The notes below the pieces were generated by a model. That model was not told where the DNA came from, made no database searches, and was given only the letters and a program-made list of their open reading frames with translations. DNA of 35,848 bases from Trichosphaerium sp. ATCC 40318. Lineage: Eukaryota > Protista > Tubulinea. Of the stretch, positions 1 to 14,787 are shown in pieces; the first letter of the stretch is position 1; the number at the start of each line of letters is the position of its first letter. Position numbers and translations under genes: made by a program. The stretch is taken from the NCBI GenBank assembly GCA_038496445.1, contig JALMLS010000428.1, positions 1 through 35,848 on the forward strand, in the 5' to 3' direction.

Positions 1-1320
1 TTCACGAATGAATTTCAGCACCTATTGGGTAGAGGTTAAGACACGTGAAAAATAAAAAAACTCTAAAAACAATCCGTACACGAGATGTTGGTTTGTTTCC
101 TGCTGTATCTAAAAATAAATCACTGTAGTCGTTATAGTCACCAATAGCAATGATTTCATCATTTGGAAATTCTTTAGCGTGTTTTTCAATTACACCACGA
201 ATAACTAAAGATTGTGCTTCACGCTTGGCGCATCTGTCAGCAGTTGTTGGGAAAGCCTAAAAAAAAACTAAGAAACTATTGAGAAAAATTTCAAAGAAGT
301 ACCAAAAAATGAAACCCAATGAGAAATATATTAACATCTACACCTGTCAAGTGAAATCTAGTAAATACATGTTTTGAAACACCATAAGTTCCCGAATTTC
401 CATTGTAACTAATGCGCACGTTAGGATTTTTTTTCTTACTTTTTTACCAAACGTTTAACTTTTAACGTACTTGCATGTGTTTCCGGAAACAGGATACTCA
501 ACTCTATCAGCTGTGCGTTCTAGGTCAACAAGTGGATCCACTCTTGTCATTATACCAACGTTTTGCATTGTTGCTGTATCAGTACCCTTCAAAGTCAAAT
601 AGTTAGTTTGCTTCACATGGAAGAAGTAAAAAAGACTTTGATTTAACCTTAAGGACGTAGCCCTTGTATCCCATTCCTGGAAGTGCGTCTATCAAGTATT
701 CTAATACATAGCAGTCCTCTAGTTCAATCTAGAATTATAAGACATTACAACGAACTAAGTTTGAAAAGAAAACGCACAAACACAATAATGTCAGCATTCA
801 TAGTTTTCATAAAGCCGGCTATTTCCTTCAAATGCTCCACAGCAATCGTCTGATTCTCCCATTTACATCCAGTACCAGGACAACGCTTAGTAGGATCACC
901 TATTAATAACACGTGGTTAGCACCGTTACACAAAAGCAGATACAACAAACTGCCGTAAAAAAACAAAATCTTCACGTTGGAGGGTAATACGAATCCACGT
1001 GATTAACAAAAAGTGTCCAAGTCTGACAATTCTATTGAACTTTTTTAGATAATGTTGCTACCGCACCTGGTTCTTCTAGAAACAACCATTCAACGTTAAA
1101 CTCAACCTGTAAGCAAACTGTTAGCCATTTAATTATTTTCTTTTTTTTTTTTGCTTTGACATACAACACGAAGCGCTCTTTTGTTTGTTCTACGATCTTC
1201 AGGTGTTCTTGGTGCCTCAGGGCAGAATTTATTTGTAATGCGCTGTTCTGGAAAATGTATAGCATACACCAAACATAGGCATAGTGCTACCATTAATGGA
1301 ATATACGCAGACATGCTCAT
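1..1320 (-). CDS. Secreted endonuclease/exonuclease/phosphatase (EEP) family protein, multi-exon, 3' end runs off the window
   Basis: ATG at 1320 with hydrophobic signal peptide. Spliced reading gives RALRV|VEFNVEWLF...CPGTGCKW...NADIIVF|EIEDC...GTDTATMQNVGIMTRVDP...FHFL|AFPTTADRCAKREAQ...IAIGDYNDY. The N-terminal xxN motif, D-x-x-x-x-x-E segment and GDxND motif are EEP hallmarks. GT-AG introns were placed by eye. Confidence 0.8.
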
Positions 1321-1709
1321 TTTACGGTATTATTTTGTTAAAGTTGAACAACAAAACAAGTTAAGGCGTCTTTTGTCAATCCCGGTTACGCCTTAATCTG
1401 CTGTCAGTGTACGGTTCAACCTACTTATATCAATACTAGAAACTCGTGTATGGGAACTACGGTGCTCTCACTTGTCTACAAACAACAATGTCGAGTGCAA
1501 CTCGCGTTTTAAGCATTTAAAAAATCTTTGTACTATCACGTGATGCTTTGTTAATTGCAAGGTAATCGATTTTATTTAAAAGAATTTGTTTCGCTTTTAA
1601 TGTTCCACGTAGAATTCTTGAATAAACTAAGCAATCGTTGCCGTTTCTTTGCTTTTTTTTTTTTTCGCAAGACTTTGTGTCACTTAACACTATTTCAGGT
1701 TTAGAGTCG
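1321..1709. promoter_or_regulatory. Probable bidirectional promoter between the EEP gene and DHX15, containing the palindrome ATCACGTGAT (1535-1544)
   Basis: Head-to-head start codons about 390 bp apart with an E-box palindrome in the middle. Function is inferred. Confidence 0.4.
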
Positions 1710-5129
<3,420 letters not shown>

Positions 5130-5312
5130 ACAACAATGTAAAAAAAAAAGGAAAAAATGAAATGAAATAAAAAAAAATGTAACTGCCACCGACCCCTCAA
5201 ACAAGTCCAAGTTAAAATATCTCTGCAAAATCTTGAAGAGCAAGCAATGTTGCATAACATTAATCTGTATGGCGGCAGCTACAGAACGTATCTTGAAAGA
5301 AAACTTCAAACA

Positions 5313-5847
5313 ATGAATCAACTAATGAACACGAATTTGTTTCAAAAACTGAGACACTCTGTCTATTGCATCCAGTTGAAATATAGCTTGATTATCAAGT
5401 TGGACATTGGTTCATACGTGTTGGCCAATGCCTTCAATGCAGACAGCAACAACTACACGGTATGATAGTGACCAAAAACAGCATGGAAAATGGGGAAAAG
5501 AAACGACCTCCTTGTTTGTCAGTATGTGGTGTGTGAATCTGGTATTGGATATGCAGTGTAACTACATTACCAACAAGCAAGAAGGGGAGCCCAAGTGCTG
5601 GAGTGAAAATGGCCAGTTGAAAATACAGTATAACTACCTTAACAACAAGCGAGGAAAAGGGTAGTATGATAATGGTCAATTGATGGAGCATTGCAGATGT
5701 GTTAATGATAAAAAGAAGAACATGCAGTGTAACTACATTGATGATAAACAAGAAGAAGAAGCCAAACGGTGGTTTGCTAATGGAAATTTAAGGCTAAAGC
5801 GTTTTTACAAGAATGGTATAAGAGAGAGGGAGTTTACAAGTAAATGA
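5313..5847 (+). pseudogene. F-box + MORN-variant repeat pseudogene, paralogue of 32811-33962
   Basis: Fragments across frames (LHPVEI*LD, WPMPSMQTATTTRYD...GKW, KQEGEPKCWSENGQLKIQYNY, AKRWFANGNLRLKRFYKNG) match LPAEIQLD / WPLLSKHAAMSTRYNYDMKKTGKW / MORN units of the intact gene, but with stops and frameshifts. Confidence 0.8.
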
Positions 5848-5884
5848 CAAAAGAGTAGATAATGCGCATTTTTATTTACTAATA

Positions 5885-6993
5885 TTAGGCTGCTTCTTTC
5901 CATACAATAATGTTGTCACGTAGAATTTGAAGAATTTTGGTTGCATCTGTGTATGTATCATCACTTACTTTATCAAGGTAACTTATACCATCATCAACAG
6001 CTTTCTGTGCCATTTCAATAGCTTCATTCTTATTCCCAATATAAAATTGTTTTCCGCTTTGTTTCAAATGAAAAGAAAGAACCATAGGAAGAACAGGAAC
6101 CATCTCTGAAATACAACCATAAATCTCATTTAATTCTTGGATAGATTGTTGTGTATATTCTTCTCTATCATTATCACGTGATATCTCAATGATGTATCGA
6201 TAGTAATTACTCTTAAGAGATGTGTAGGTTAATATACTTTGGTTGTCTTGACCTTCAATTGAGAGAATAGTGTCATGTGCTTTCATGGCACGTTTGCTTG
6301 CTTCTATGAGTTTACCTTCTATTTTCTTTCTGTAGGCTCTTACAACACGCACTTGCGATTCTTCTGAGTTAATAACTGCCTTACTAAAACCACATTACAT
6401 TAAGCATTGGTACAGAGAGGGGCAGCATCGCTTTTGAAACAGTTTCGACAATTACGAAATTATTAATTTTTGATATTTACATGATTTCGAGAATCTTTGA
6501 GACGTTTTTACTCACCTCAGAACCGGCTTAACCTTCAATAGCTATTATAAACATGTAGCTAGTATTCTATAGTTATAGGCACAAAAGTCATTTTGCGATT
6601 CGTTCATGCTGTACCGACGAAAAGTACCGACAGTCAAAGTAATTTTTTTGAAAAAATTAGACTTTTTACAAATAAAAATTTAGGAATTTCTGAAACTGTC
6701 TCATGCTGCCGCAGAAAACGTACTTTTCTACACCTTGTAAAATTCGCCAGGATGTCCTCAACGCACTTATAACATTAGAAAAGGCAACGGTAACAAGAAT
6801 TCTCTCGTTTTTTGATAATAACTCGCCATCTTCTTTTGCTATGGCCACTAGAGCTTCTATAGCCTCTACCATATCCTCATACTGCTCCGACTAATTTAAA
6901 ATGAGTAATTATCGTAATCTATTTAAAAAGCCGTTTAACCTCATCAGCAATACTTGCTTGGTACAATGCTGCTTCCCGTGCATTCATCGACAT
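5885..6993 (-). CDS. Divergent 14-3-3-like protein (about 3 exons)
   Basis: MSMNAREAALYQASIADE|SEQYEDMVEAI...LSKNERILVTVAFSNVISALRTSWRIL...YRKKIEGKL...KSNYYRY...YTDATKILQILRDNIIVW is colinear with 14-3-3 helices, including the LxxRDNxxxW signature. Confidence 0.9.
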
Positions 6994-7829
6994 GTTACAA
7001 GACTGATTACACAATTTGTTGTTGTTCAATGAACATAGCTAAGTTATGAGGTGTTAAGTTGGTGCTTTAACATTGGTAGCGGTATTGGAAATCACGTGCA
7101 CATTGCAACAATAGCGGGGTGGTTAACGGTGTAACAATACCAACAATGTCTCCACGATACGTGGTGACAAATGGAAATTTCAATAGGGCGCACAGCAAGA
7201 CACATGTGAATAGTATGAGTGTTTAATAAGACTGTTCATATCCAGTGCTAGTGGTACTAATCAATGCAATAAGCTAGTATCGAAAACATGCTTTAGTTGT
7301 TATTAGTTGCTAACAAACCGCTATATCCTTTTTTATTCTTGTTTTTACCAGTAGCCTTTCTTCAATGCTGATAAACAATTGAGTTTGTTTAGCATATTAA
7401 TGTCGATAAACAATCATCACTATTCAGACTTATATTAGTATGTTTAAAAGCTACCTCTTAGGTAGTAAACAATGCAGCACTGCTTGTAGAATAGAATAGC
7501 CTTACAGGGTAAAGGTACCTCTACTAGATGTCTGCCTTGTGTTTATTATTGATACTTTTTTACCATTTACTAAACGTCTAAGGTTGATATTGCGCTTACC
7601 ATTTTTATCTTATCTTTGAACTTCAACAATTAAGGATACAAGGCTATAGATTGTCATGAATTTAACAGGTCAGAGTGTACTCATGCATTTCTTGTTATCA
7701 GCAATTGGAGGAAATAATTGTATCAACTTGCAGATTTTAGAAGCTTGTGATGTACAGTCCAGCTAATATTAAAAATTTATTTACAAGTCTTTTTTTTTCT
7801 TTCTGTCTATAGTTTGTTCACCAGAAGAT

Positions 7830-8237
7830 TCATTGTCCTGTTGGCACTCTATTATGTTGATCTTCTACTACAGTTCTTATATAGTTTGCATATGATCTCC
7901 TGACGTTTTCTGGAAAGAAGCAAGTGTGAGGAAAAGGACCTCTTGTTAATACCATATCAAAAGCCTTGTGAACTGCTACTGCTGATACATCAAATTCTAG
8001 CTCTCCATCCTCGTTAGGTACTGTAGACGTAAGATAGTCATCTAGTGCGAATGATACGAGTATTCTCAAGTGTTTTCGTGAGTCTGGAAGGATAGACCAT
8101 TGTATTGATTTTAGCGTCTTTGAAGAGCTCTCCCACATTATGTCTAGAGTTTTAGATACTGTAATACGTTGAGCGAGGCCGTAAAAGTCGTTTTGATACG
8201 TTTTTGTCCCAAGATTGCTTATATTGTTAGAAAACAT
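7830..8237 (-). CDS. Hypothetical 135-aa protein
   Basis: Single ATG-initiated ORF with protein-like composition and AT-rich flanks. No motif recognised. Confidence 0.5.
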   Translation of the reverse strand: MFSNNISNLGTKTYQNDFYGLAQRITVSKTLDIMWESSSKTLKSIQWSILPDSRKHLRILVSFALDDYLTSTVPNEDGELEFDVSAVAVHKAFDMVLTRGPFPHTCFFPENVRRSYANYIRTVVEDQHNRVPTGQ

Positions 8238-8747
8238 TGTAGATGTATGTAAAAGTAAGTGTTTCGAGTTGTGATGACGAGATGAATTGTTTAGAATGAA
8301 TTACGAGTCGCTTTTTTACTTTTTTCTCACTTTTTCTTTGAGATACTGCGGATAGTTTTTTGCTCGTCAAAAAAATATTGTTACACATTGAGAAGGATTT
8401 CTACCCTTCAAAATCTCAATGTTGTCGTACCTTTATCTAGCCGCAGAAATACGTATTTTATGTATTGCACTTGTAACAAAAATCCCATCAGTACATGTAG
8501 GCAAGTTTTCGCCTATTTTTCTCATACATTACATGGTTTCAAATCTCAAGTGTACATTCAGCCATTTGCTACCTGTACTCTCACAGCGCATAACGATAAT
8601 GTTCTTTAATGTAGAATCTCATGAGGATGGAAGAATCGTCTTTACCCCTTGCGGCAGTAGACTTTTCATAAAAATGGAAGACAGAACTAGTACCATTTCT
8701 TTCCCGCCACACTGTCATATGAACAAATAAAAACTTGAAGCAAGCCA

Positions 8748-9218
8748 TGGATACACCATACGAACAGGAGTGTTATACATCTCCGGTAAAACCAATACCC
8801 TCAACACGAGTGCACCCTCAACAAAGACGAATGCAAATGTGTTTTTAATCTTGCCGTGTTGCTTCTCGAACTTTGACAGTTTAGCATGAAAGTTCTCCCA
8901 CGTGTTCTGGATGAGTTCTGGGCTAACTCTCTTGTTTTTTTTGTTAGGGCTTCCAGAACCGCCTCACGTTTATTGCTATCATTTATTTTCTTATCAACGA
9001 TCGTCATAGCATGCTTTAAGGTTACCTACCTCGTGTATACTCCATCTGCAGCACAAACTGTTGAAACGAATACACAAACCAATGTTGTTCCAGGACACCC
9101 AGTTGACGCTCCACAACAGCAATACTATGTTACCACATAACCAAAACAGAATTCTGTGGTGATGTACGACAACATCAATCCGAAATATCCACAGTTTTTT
9201 GTTAGCTACCCGGCGTAG
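8748..9218 (+). pseudogene. Possible degraded small membrane-protein gene
   Basis: Hydrophobic stretch followed by a T/Q/P/V-rich tail (AAQTVETNTQTNVVPGHPVDAPQQQYYV), interrupted by in-frame stops. No family recognised. Confidence 0.25.
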
Positions 9219-10827
9219 TTTTTCACAACTTTCACTGAATCGGTCGGTATGATTAAACCTGAACGGTTAACTGGTTTGTAACCGTAAAAGTAAGACCTTT
9301 AGTCTTGTTCTAAAGCTCAGACAGGTCCGGACTGAAAACCGATATCTTGAAACTGGACCGGTATCAGACTGGTATTTACCACCGCTAAATAGTGTATTTT
9401 AGCACAACTTGGATTACCTGGTATTTTGAACCTCATCTTCGCAGTTTTATTTGTAAATGTGCACCAATATTATAGAGAGCCTGTCTATAATGGTCAACAA
9501 TGCATCTTATCAAATATTGTAGTTCTTATGCGCTTAGAGACAATCGTTCTTATAACGATAGCATCTATTATCTTGGTACGAAAGACATTTATGGTGAAGG
9601 TCTTCTTAGGTTTTCCATAGCTCTCTGGCATAATCATTCTTGGCGTGTTGATAGATGGTACAATGAAAGACCCAAGCAAGGAGTTTAAAAGTACAGTGGA
9701 GCCATGCTTGGCCATACTAATGGTCCTTAGTGGTATAATCATGAGTGAGTTTTGAATATTTTGTTTCAGCTAACTGAAAGTAATAAGGTGTTGCTGTTAT
9801 AGTCATCGAATTGAGGAAAAACAAATGGTAATCACATAATCAATATAAAAACCGCTTAGACTTCTTCAACACCCTCGCAAGTGAATTGATAATAAACTTA
9901 TAAGACTGTTTTAAAGCGTAAGATTTTAGTGTACTGCTTTACAACCGACCAACAGCTTCTACCTGAGGAATCACGTGCCTTGTTCGCAAACACAGGCTCA
10001 TTTATAGCACAATAAGAAGCAAATTGTTAGAAAGCTTAGCAAACGGTCTATACTATGTTGTGTAGCTGAAGTATGTACCTCTCAATATGAATTACCAATT
10101 TTGGATAACACCACCAACCCTAATCATTTCGACTTTTCTGTTGTACATAGCGGATAAATGGAAGACGAAAAGTTTAGTGCGACAAAAAAAAAGATCAGAT
10201 AGCAGCTAAATCGCCAGAAAAACTCCAGTGACTTCGCTGAGGAATATCTCTAGCTAATGAAGGACAAGAGATTTCAATAGTGGAGTTGTATGTGGAACAC
10301 ATGTGATTTTATGACGTATGGAACAACAGCAGCTATTCCATGTTTGAAGTCGTGGTGCGTTTGGTGACTAACAAAGTTGTCTACAACCTCCATGTTCGTT
10401 ATTTGGAACTAGTTTTTGTTCATAGACGAAATATGTCAAGAGAAACAGCATTCTTGTGTGAAGTTGGACACTACAACATGTGCACTGAATGAACCCAAAG
10501 ATCTTTTTTCAAATGTAGTATTCCTTTTTGGGCTTTAACTTACTACTGAAAATCACGTTTCTTTGATTTGGAGGGATAATAAATTGCCACCTTGCTCTGT
10601 ACGTACGCTGTTTTATGCATGAGATCGGTTGTATCATTATTTCTCCCTTTTTTTTTCCTTCAATGCTTTGTGCAGCACCAGTAATCGACATGGTTAGTCA
10701 TTCGAACAAGGGCATTTTCTTAATCTCATGAAATACCACGTGGGTGCCTCACATTCAATAGCCAAGAAACTTGATACCTGAGTTATGCTCACCTACACAC
10801 AAACTTACACGTTACATTAATGTAACC

Positions 10828-10836
10828 TAGTGCAGG
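10828..10836 (+). repeat. Left TSD copy (TAGTGCAGG)
   Basis: Identical to 14779-14787. The match extends to 10 bp (CTAGTGCAGG), but a 9-bp TSD gives the ungapped TIR register. Confidence 0.85.
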
Positions 10837-10896
10837 GCAGACGACTAAAATTCTACTAAATGTGCACGAGAATCCACATCAGTGGATTCTCGTGCA
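10837..10896 (+). repeat. Left TIR containing a perfect 15-bp-stem hairpin (10863-10896)
   Basis: TGCACGAGAATCCAC-atca-GTGGATTCTCGTGCA, followed by a second imperfect hairpin at about 10901-10956. Confidence 0.85.
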
Positions 10897-10975
10897 TTTC
10901 TTGGTTTTGGGTTGCTAAAAATATCTTAGATTTTGTTGTTTTTAGCCCAAAACCCAATCACAAATACAACAACCA

Positions 10976-13900
10976 ATGCTAACACACGAAGTGGAGGTTG
11001 GTGACCTCCCTGACTTTTTTCTTCGGCCTACTCTTGGCATACTTCGGGTACGAGATTTTATCTAATTAGTGAATCCTAACAAGCGTTTAGTGTCAACTGG
11101 AACCGGTTCTGTACGGCACGGTTAACAAGAAACCATACGGTGTTCGCGCTGGACCAGGCACCAGAAAAATACCAGCACCTGGAGGACCACAGTTCTCCAA
11201 TCCGCGATTTGTTGGAGAGAGGTACCGAGATTTTTATGAGGTACCTGCCTCAAATTCTCTCTCCGACAGGTTTTTGTGCAAGGAGCGCCTGTGCTGCGCT
11301 TTAAAAAATGGCTGTGAACCAAAAACCTGCACTGTAAAGGTAACCATCATCATTTACTGTGCGAACCAGCACACGGCTGTTGTGTACATTGAAGGTTCAC
11401 ACAGTCCTGGAATGGTTCCTGGTTCACCTTTAACTAAAGTACAGTTTAAAGTACTTGTACGTCTTTTTTTTTTCTGTACTTACTTTTATTTTTTACTACT
11501 TACCTATTTTAGTGTCGGTTGCGTGCTATGGAAGAAGATGAGTTTGGAGTCACCAATCTTTTTGGTAACCTAAACGCTGGTTCTTTCGTACGCAACACTA
11601 TTCCAAAAATAAAGCGAGATTTGGTAAACGAAGGCCTCATGACTATGGTGCAAGCAACAAATTGGCGGATCTCATGCCAAATGGTTGCTACTTGGGGCAG
11701 AGCCAATATAACAACAATGAGGTACAAAAAAAAACAATATCAGAAAATAATTTTTATTTACATTAATTTTTTTTTAAGTACAGTCACCACAATAGATGAG
11801 GTGAATGCGTTTTTGTCAGACAAATCCATGGCACCATTCATTTTATACCCCAAGCACAAAGAAAACTTTCCTGTAGCCAAAGATGGTAAAGGAAACTTTG
11901 TGGTTGTATTGGTGTAAAATGCGTTTGGTTGAAAAAGAAAAATTAAAAAACAAAATTGGGGTTTTTTCTGAAAATGTATTACTAATTCGTACCTTTAGTA
12001 ATAAATACCCCGTGTGGGGTTTGGTATGTGAAGATGTAACTACTGGTTGCGGTTTCTTGGCTTCTCTGTGTATTGCTTCTTCTTCCCATGAAGAGAACAT
12101 CACAGCGTTTCTTACTGTGGTAAAGAGATGCATTGAAAGTATAAGAGGTAAGTTTTAGAAAATAAAATAAAATCACAACTTAATGCCTTACTTACCTAGT
12201 CGCGCATGTACACGTTTGGAGTCCGGTAGTGAAGATAGACAAAGATCCAGCTGAAAGGGCCGCTATAGTGCACGTCGGCTTTCGCTACATCTTATGCCAA
12301 TACCACTATCACTCCACATGGCGTCAAAAGATACGTGAGTTGTTCAGGGTAGAGCATCAGAACGCGTACGGTTTTTTTGGGGTTTGGGGAGATTTTTGTG
12401 TTGTGATTTTTTTTTCACAACACAATGCCGCTAACCATTTTACCAGTGCTATGGACCAGCTTATCAAGTTAGAGCGTGCAACATCCAAAAAACACTTAAA
12501 CCAATTGAAAAGTGATTTTTTGAGATGGTGCATCTCAAACTCAAACAATTGGACCACTGATGGAGCAGGTAAAAAGATATCTCCTGCAAACCAACTGTAC
12601 TTATACTTCAAGAAAAACTGGTACGTTTTAATAGTTTTTGGTTTTTTTTTGTTTATATTACGTACCTTTAATCCATACGTAGGTTTTCTGCCACTTGGGT
12701 TGATTCTTGGACTGATTATGGTCGTTTGTGCCGTATCGGTCTCTGGAATACGAACAACAAAATGGAGACACAATGGAGACAGTTTATTAAGGTATACGGT
12801 ACGTTTACACTTTATCACGTGGTTTTTTTTTTCCTTTTTTTTAAATCAACATTGCTCGTATTGTCTACACATTGAGTATTCTTCATGTAGCTATTCTCCA
12901 TTGAGTATTCTTCAGAGAATTGTACAAAGCATCTTTGGTTTCTTTTTAGTTCTTTTTGGTCATTGTTATGGCAAGTTTGTTGACTTTCGTGTACGTAGGC
13001 TTTGGTGGCTATCGTTTTGGACTTGCCAAGTGTTTGCGCATAATGCCTGCGATATTGCAGCAGCACTTGGTTGTACAACGTGACATCGAAGCGACAGACG
13101 GCAACATAATCCCAAAATCAAAGGCGCTGCGAAAGAGAGAAGAATTGGATGCACGTGCTCGCGCTCTTGTACTCGCCGACAGTGTACAAGCTTTGGAACC
13201 TCAAACTGGTGAAGATCGGTTTTTTATGGTTGAATCCGCTACAACTCAAGGTTAGTTTTTGACACGTTTTTGTAAGTATTAACACATCTTTTAGGTTTAA
13301 AATATCCAGTGGACATTATTGATGAAAAGTGTGGTTGTTTCTATTTTGCACAGCTTGGCAAAATATGCAAACATATCATTGCTGCTAAATTGTTTGTGAC
13401 GGGCCTAAATACCAGAGACATACGTGAAGAAGGCACTATTTCTTCTATTCACAGTAAGTATTTGGTTTTTTTAATTATTTTATTTTATTTTTTTTTAGAA
13501 GAAGCAGATGTTGCACCTGTGGCCAAATTACACGCAAAAAAACGACCAGTCAAGAAATCTAGAAGACCAGCTCGTATTTTGTATTCTAGTGATGACGAAA
13601 GTGAGTCGCAAAGTCAAAGTTCAACGTACGTTTACTTTTGTTTTAATTTTTGTGTATTAATTTTTTTTTAGTGGCTCTGTGTACGAACACCAATTACAAC
13701 ATCTCAACTAACTGTTAATAGATGCAATGCATTTGCTATTGCACCTACTGCCTCTGGAGAATCGTTCGCTCCATTTGCATCTCTTGAGTACACCTCTTTT
13801 CTTTTTTTTTTTTTGATTTTTTCTGATTAATAACGTGTTTAGTTTGGCGTCTATTGGTGATTCACCTAAAAGCAACAGTTCTAGTATTTCTTTTCCAACA

Positions 13901-14529
13901 ACAAACAGCCCAATGTCTTTGTTGAGTCCAGCATCAACACGAAGCCCATCTTCTATTCAAAGCATGGATTTGTGTATTAATGGCTCTCCAGTGATCTCGT
14001 TGAGTGATGACTCAATAATGACCTGGATTTCAGAGAGAGTGTTAAGTTTAAACTTGGACAGCGATAATGAAGCTGAGGTATGTTTTCTCTTTTTTTGTTT
14101 CTCACAAATTTACTTATTTTTAGGAACCGCCAACAGATGTTGTAGAACCAATAATACCACCTCACGCTGTCATACCTATGGCAACACATGTTGTACCACT
14201 TGAAGACAACAAGCCAAACTTATCTCGTGTATGTATTTTCGTGAATTTAATTTTTCTATTTTTTTTGAAGTATTAATTGTTTTCTCAAGTCCTACAACAC
14301 AAGAAGTAATGTAGTAGCACCTGATGCCTTTGTAATGGCGCCAATCATCAACAAGGTAACACCTGGATCTTGTTGGAATATTTTGTACGAAGGCATCTGC
14401 TACAACATCACTGTAATTCGCACTTCACGATTTTGGCCAAAATCTTTGATGGTCATTGTAGACTGGGGTGATAGGACGAGTTCTGCTGTCAAGTTCAATG
14501 AAAGCACCTGGTGTTTAGTCTCAGAATAG
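10976..14529 (+). CDS. MULE-family transposase with N-terminal Cys/His (WRKY-GCM-like) region, SWIM zinc finger, Ser-rich linker and C-terminal Tudor-like domain; more than 10 exons
   Basis: Spliced reading includes C...CTVKVTII...VYIEGSH; NKYPVWGLVCED...SSHEENITAFL; IDKDPAERAAI...ILCQYH (second Asp + CxxH motif of Mutator); WNTNNKMETQW (catalytic Glu); CGCFYFAQLGKICKH (SWIM CxC...CxH). Exon phases are compatible through the SWIM exon. Confidence 0.85.
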
Positions 14530-14723
14530 GTCAACTAATGCTAGCTCCGCATCACAATAGAGCATCAATAGACTTTGTAGCGTAGCGGAAAAATACAAAA
14601 AAAAAAAATTTGACAAATAAATCTTAACTACTTTTCCTAACTTGTGTCTCATGTTACTTTGTTTGGCTATGAGCCAACAAAATTTTTATTTACAGTGTAG
14701 TGGCGTGTTTGGAGTAACTGTAT

Positions 14724-14778
14724 CAAAATCTACTCAAGTGGATTTTGCTCCAGATTCAGTAGAATTTCTCATCCCTGC
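14724..14778 (-). repeat. Right TIR containing a 10-bp-stem hairpin (14724-14747)
   Basis: CAAAATCTAC-tcaa-GTGGATTTTG (one T:G pair), at the same distance from the end as the left hairpin. Confidence 0.8.
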
Positions 14779-14787
14779 TAGTGCAGG
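14779..14787 (+). repeat. Right TSD copy (TAGTGCAGG)
   Basis: Identical to 10828-10836. Confidence 0.85.

Larger units (their letters stand above)
10837..14778 (+). mobile_element. Mutator-like (MULE) DNA transposon, 3942 bp, with imperfect TIRs and a 9-bp target-site duplication
   Basis: Direct repeat TAGTGCAGG at 10828-10836 and 14779-14787. Ends 10837-10890 and the reverse complement of 14725-14778 align without gaps at 37/54 nt, both starting GCAG. The element encloses a MULE/SWIM transposase gene. Confidence 0.88.

Noticed and set aside
6512-6545. Extra micro-exon in 14-3-3 intron 2 (strong GTGAGT donor on the minus strand)
   Set aside because: Both candidate acceptors introduce a stop and break the phase; direct joining of the flanking exons is in frame.
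7400-7770. Additional decayed LRR/F-box relics (also about 22450-22730 and 26950-27350)
   Set aside because: Only isolated LxxLP or LxxL-like words across broken frames; too weak to call.
12229-13083. 284-aa ORF as a standalone membrane protein
   Set aside because: Its hydrophobic stretches are T-rich introns read through; the real exons belong to the transposase.
10833-14777. Reading the transposon as hAT-like with CAGGG...CCCTG ends
   Set aside because: That register gives only a 6-bp duplication (CTAGTG) rather than 8 bp and needs a gap in the TIR alignment. The protein motifs (D-CxxH, TNNxxE, SWIM) are Mutator-type.
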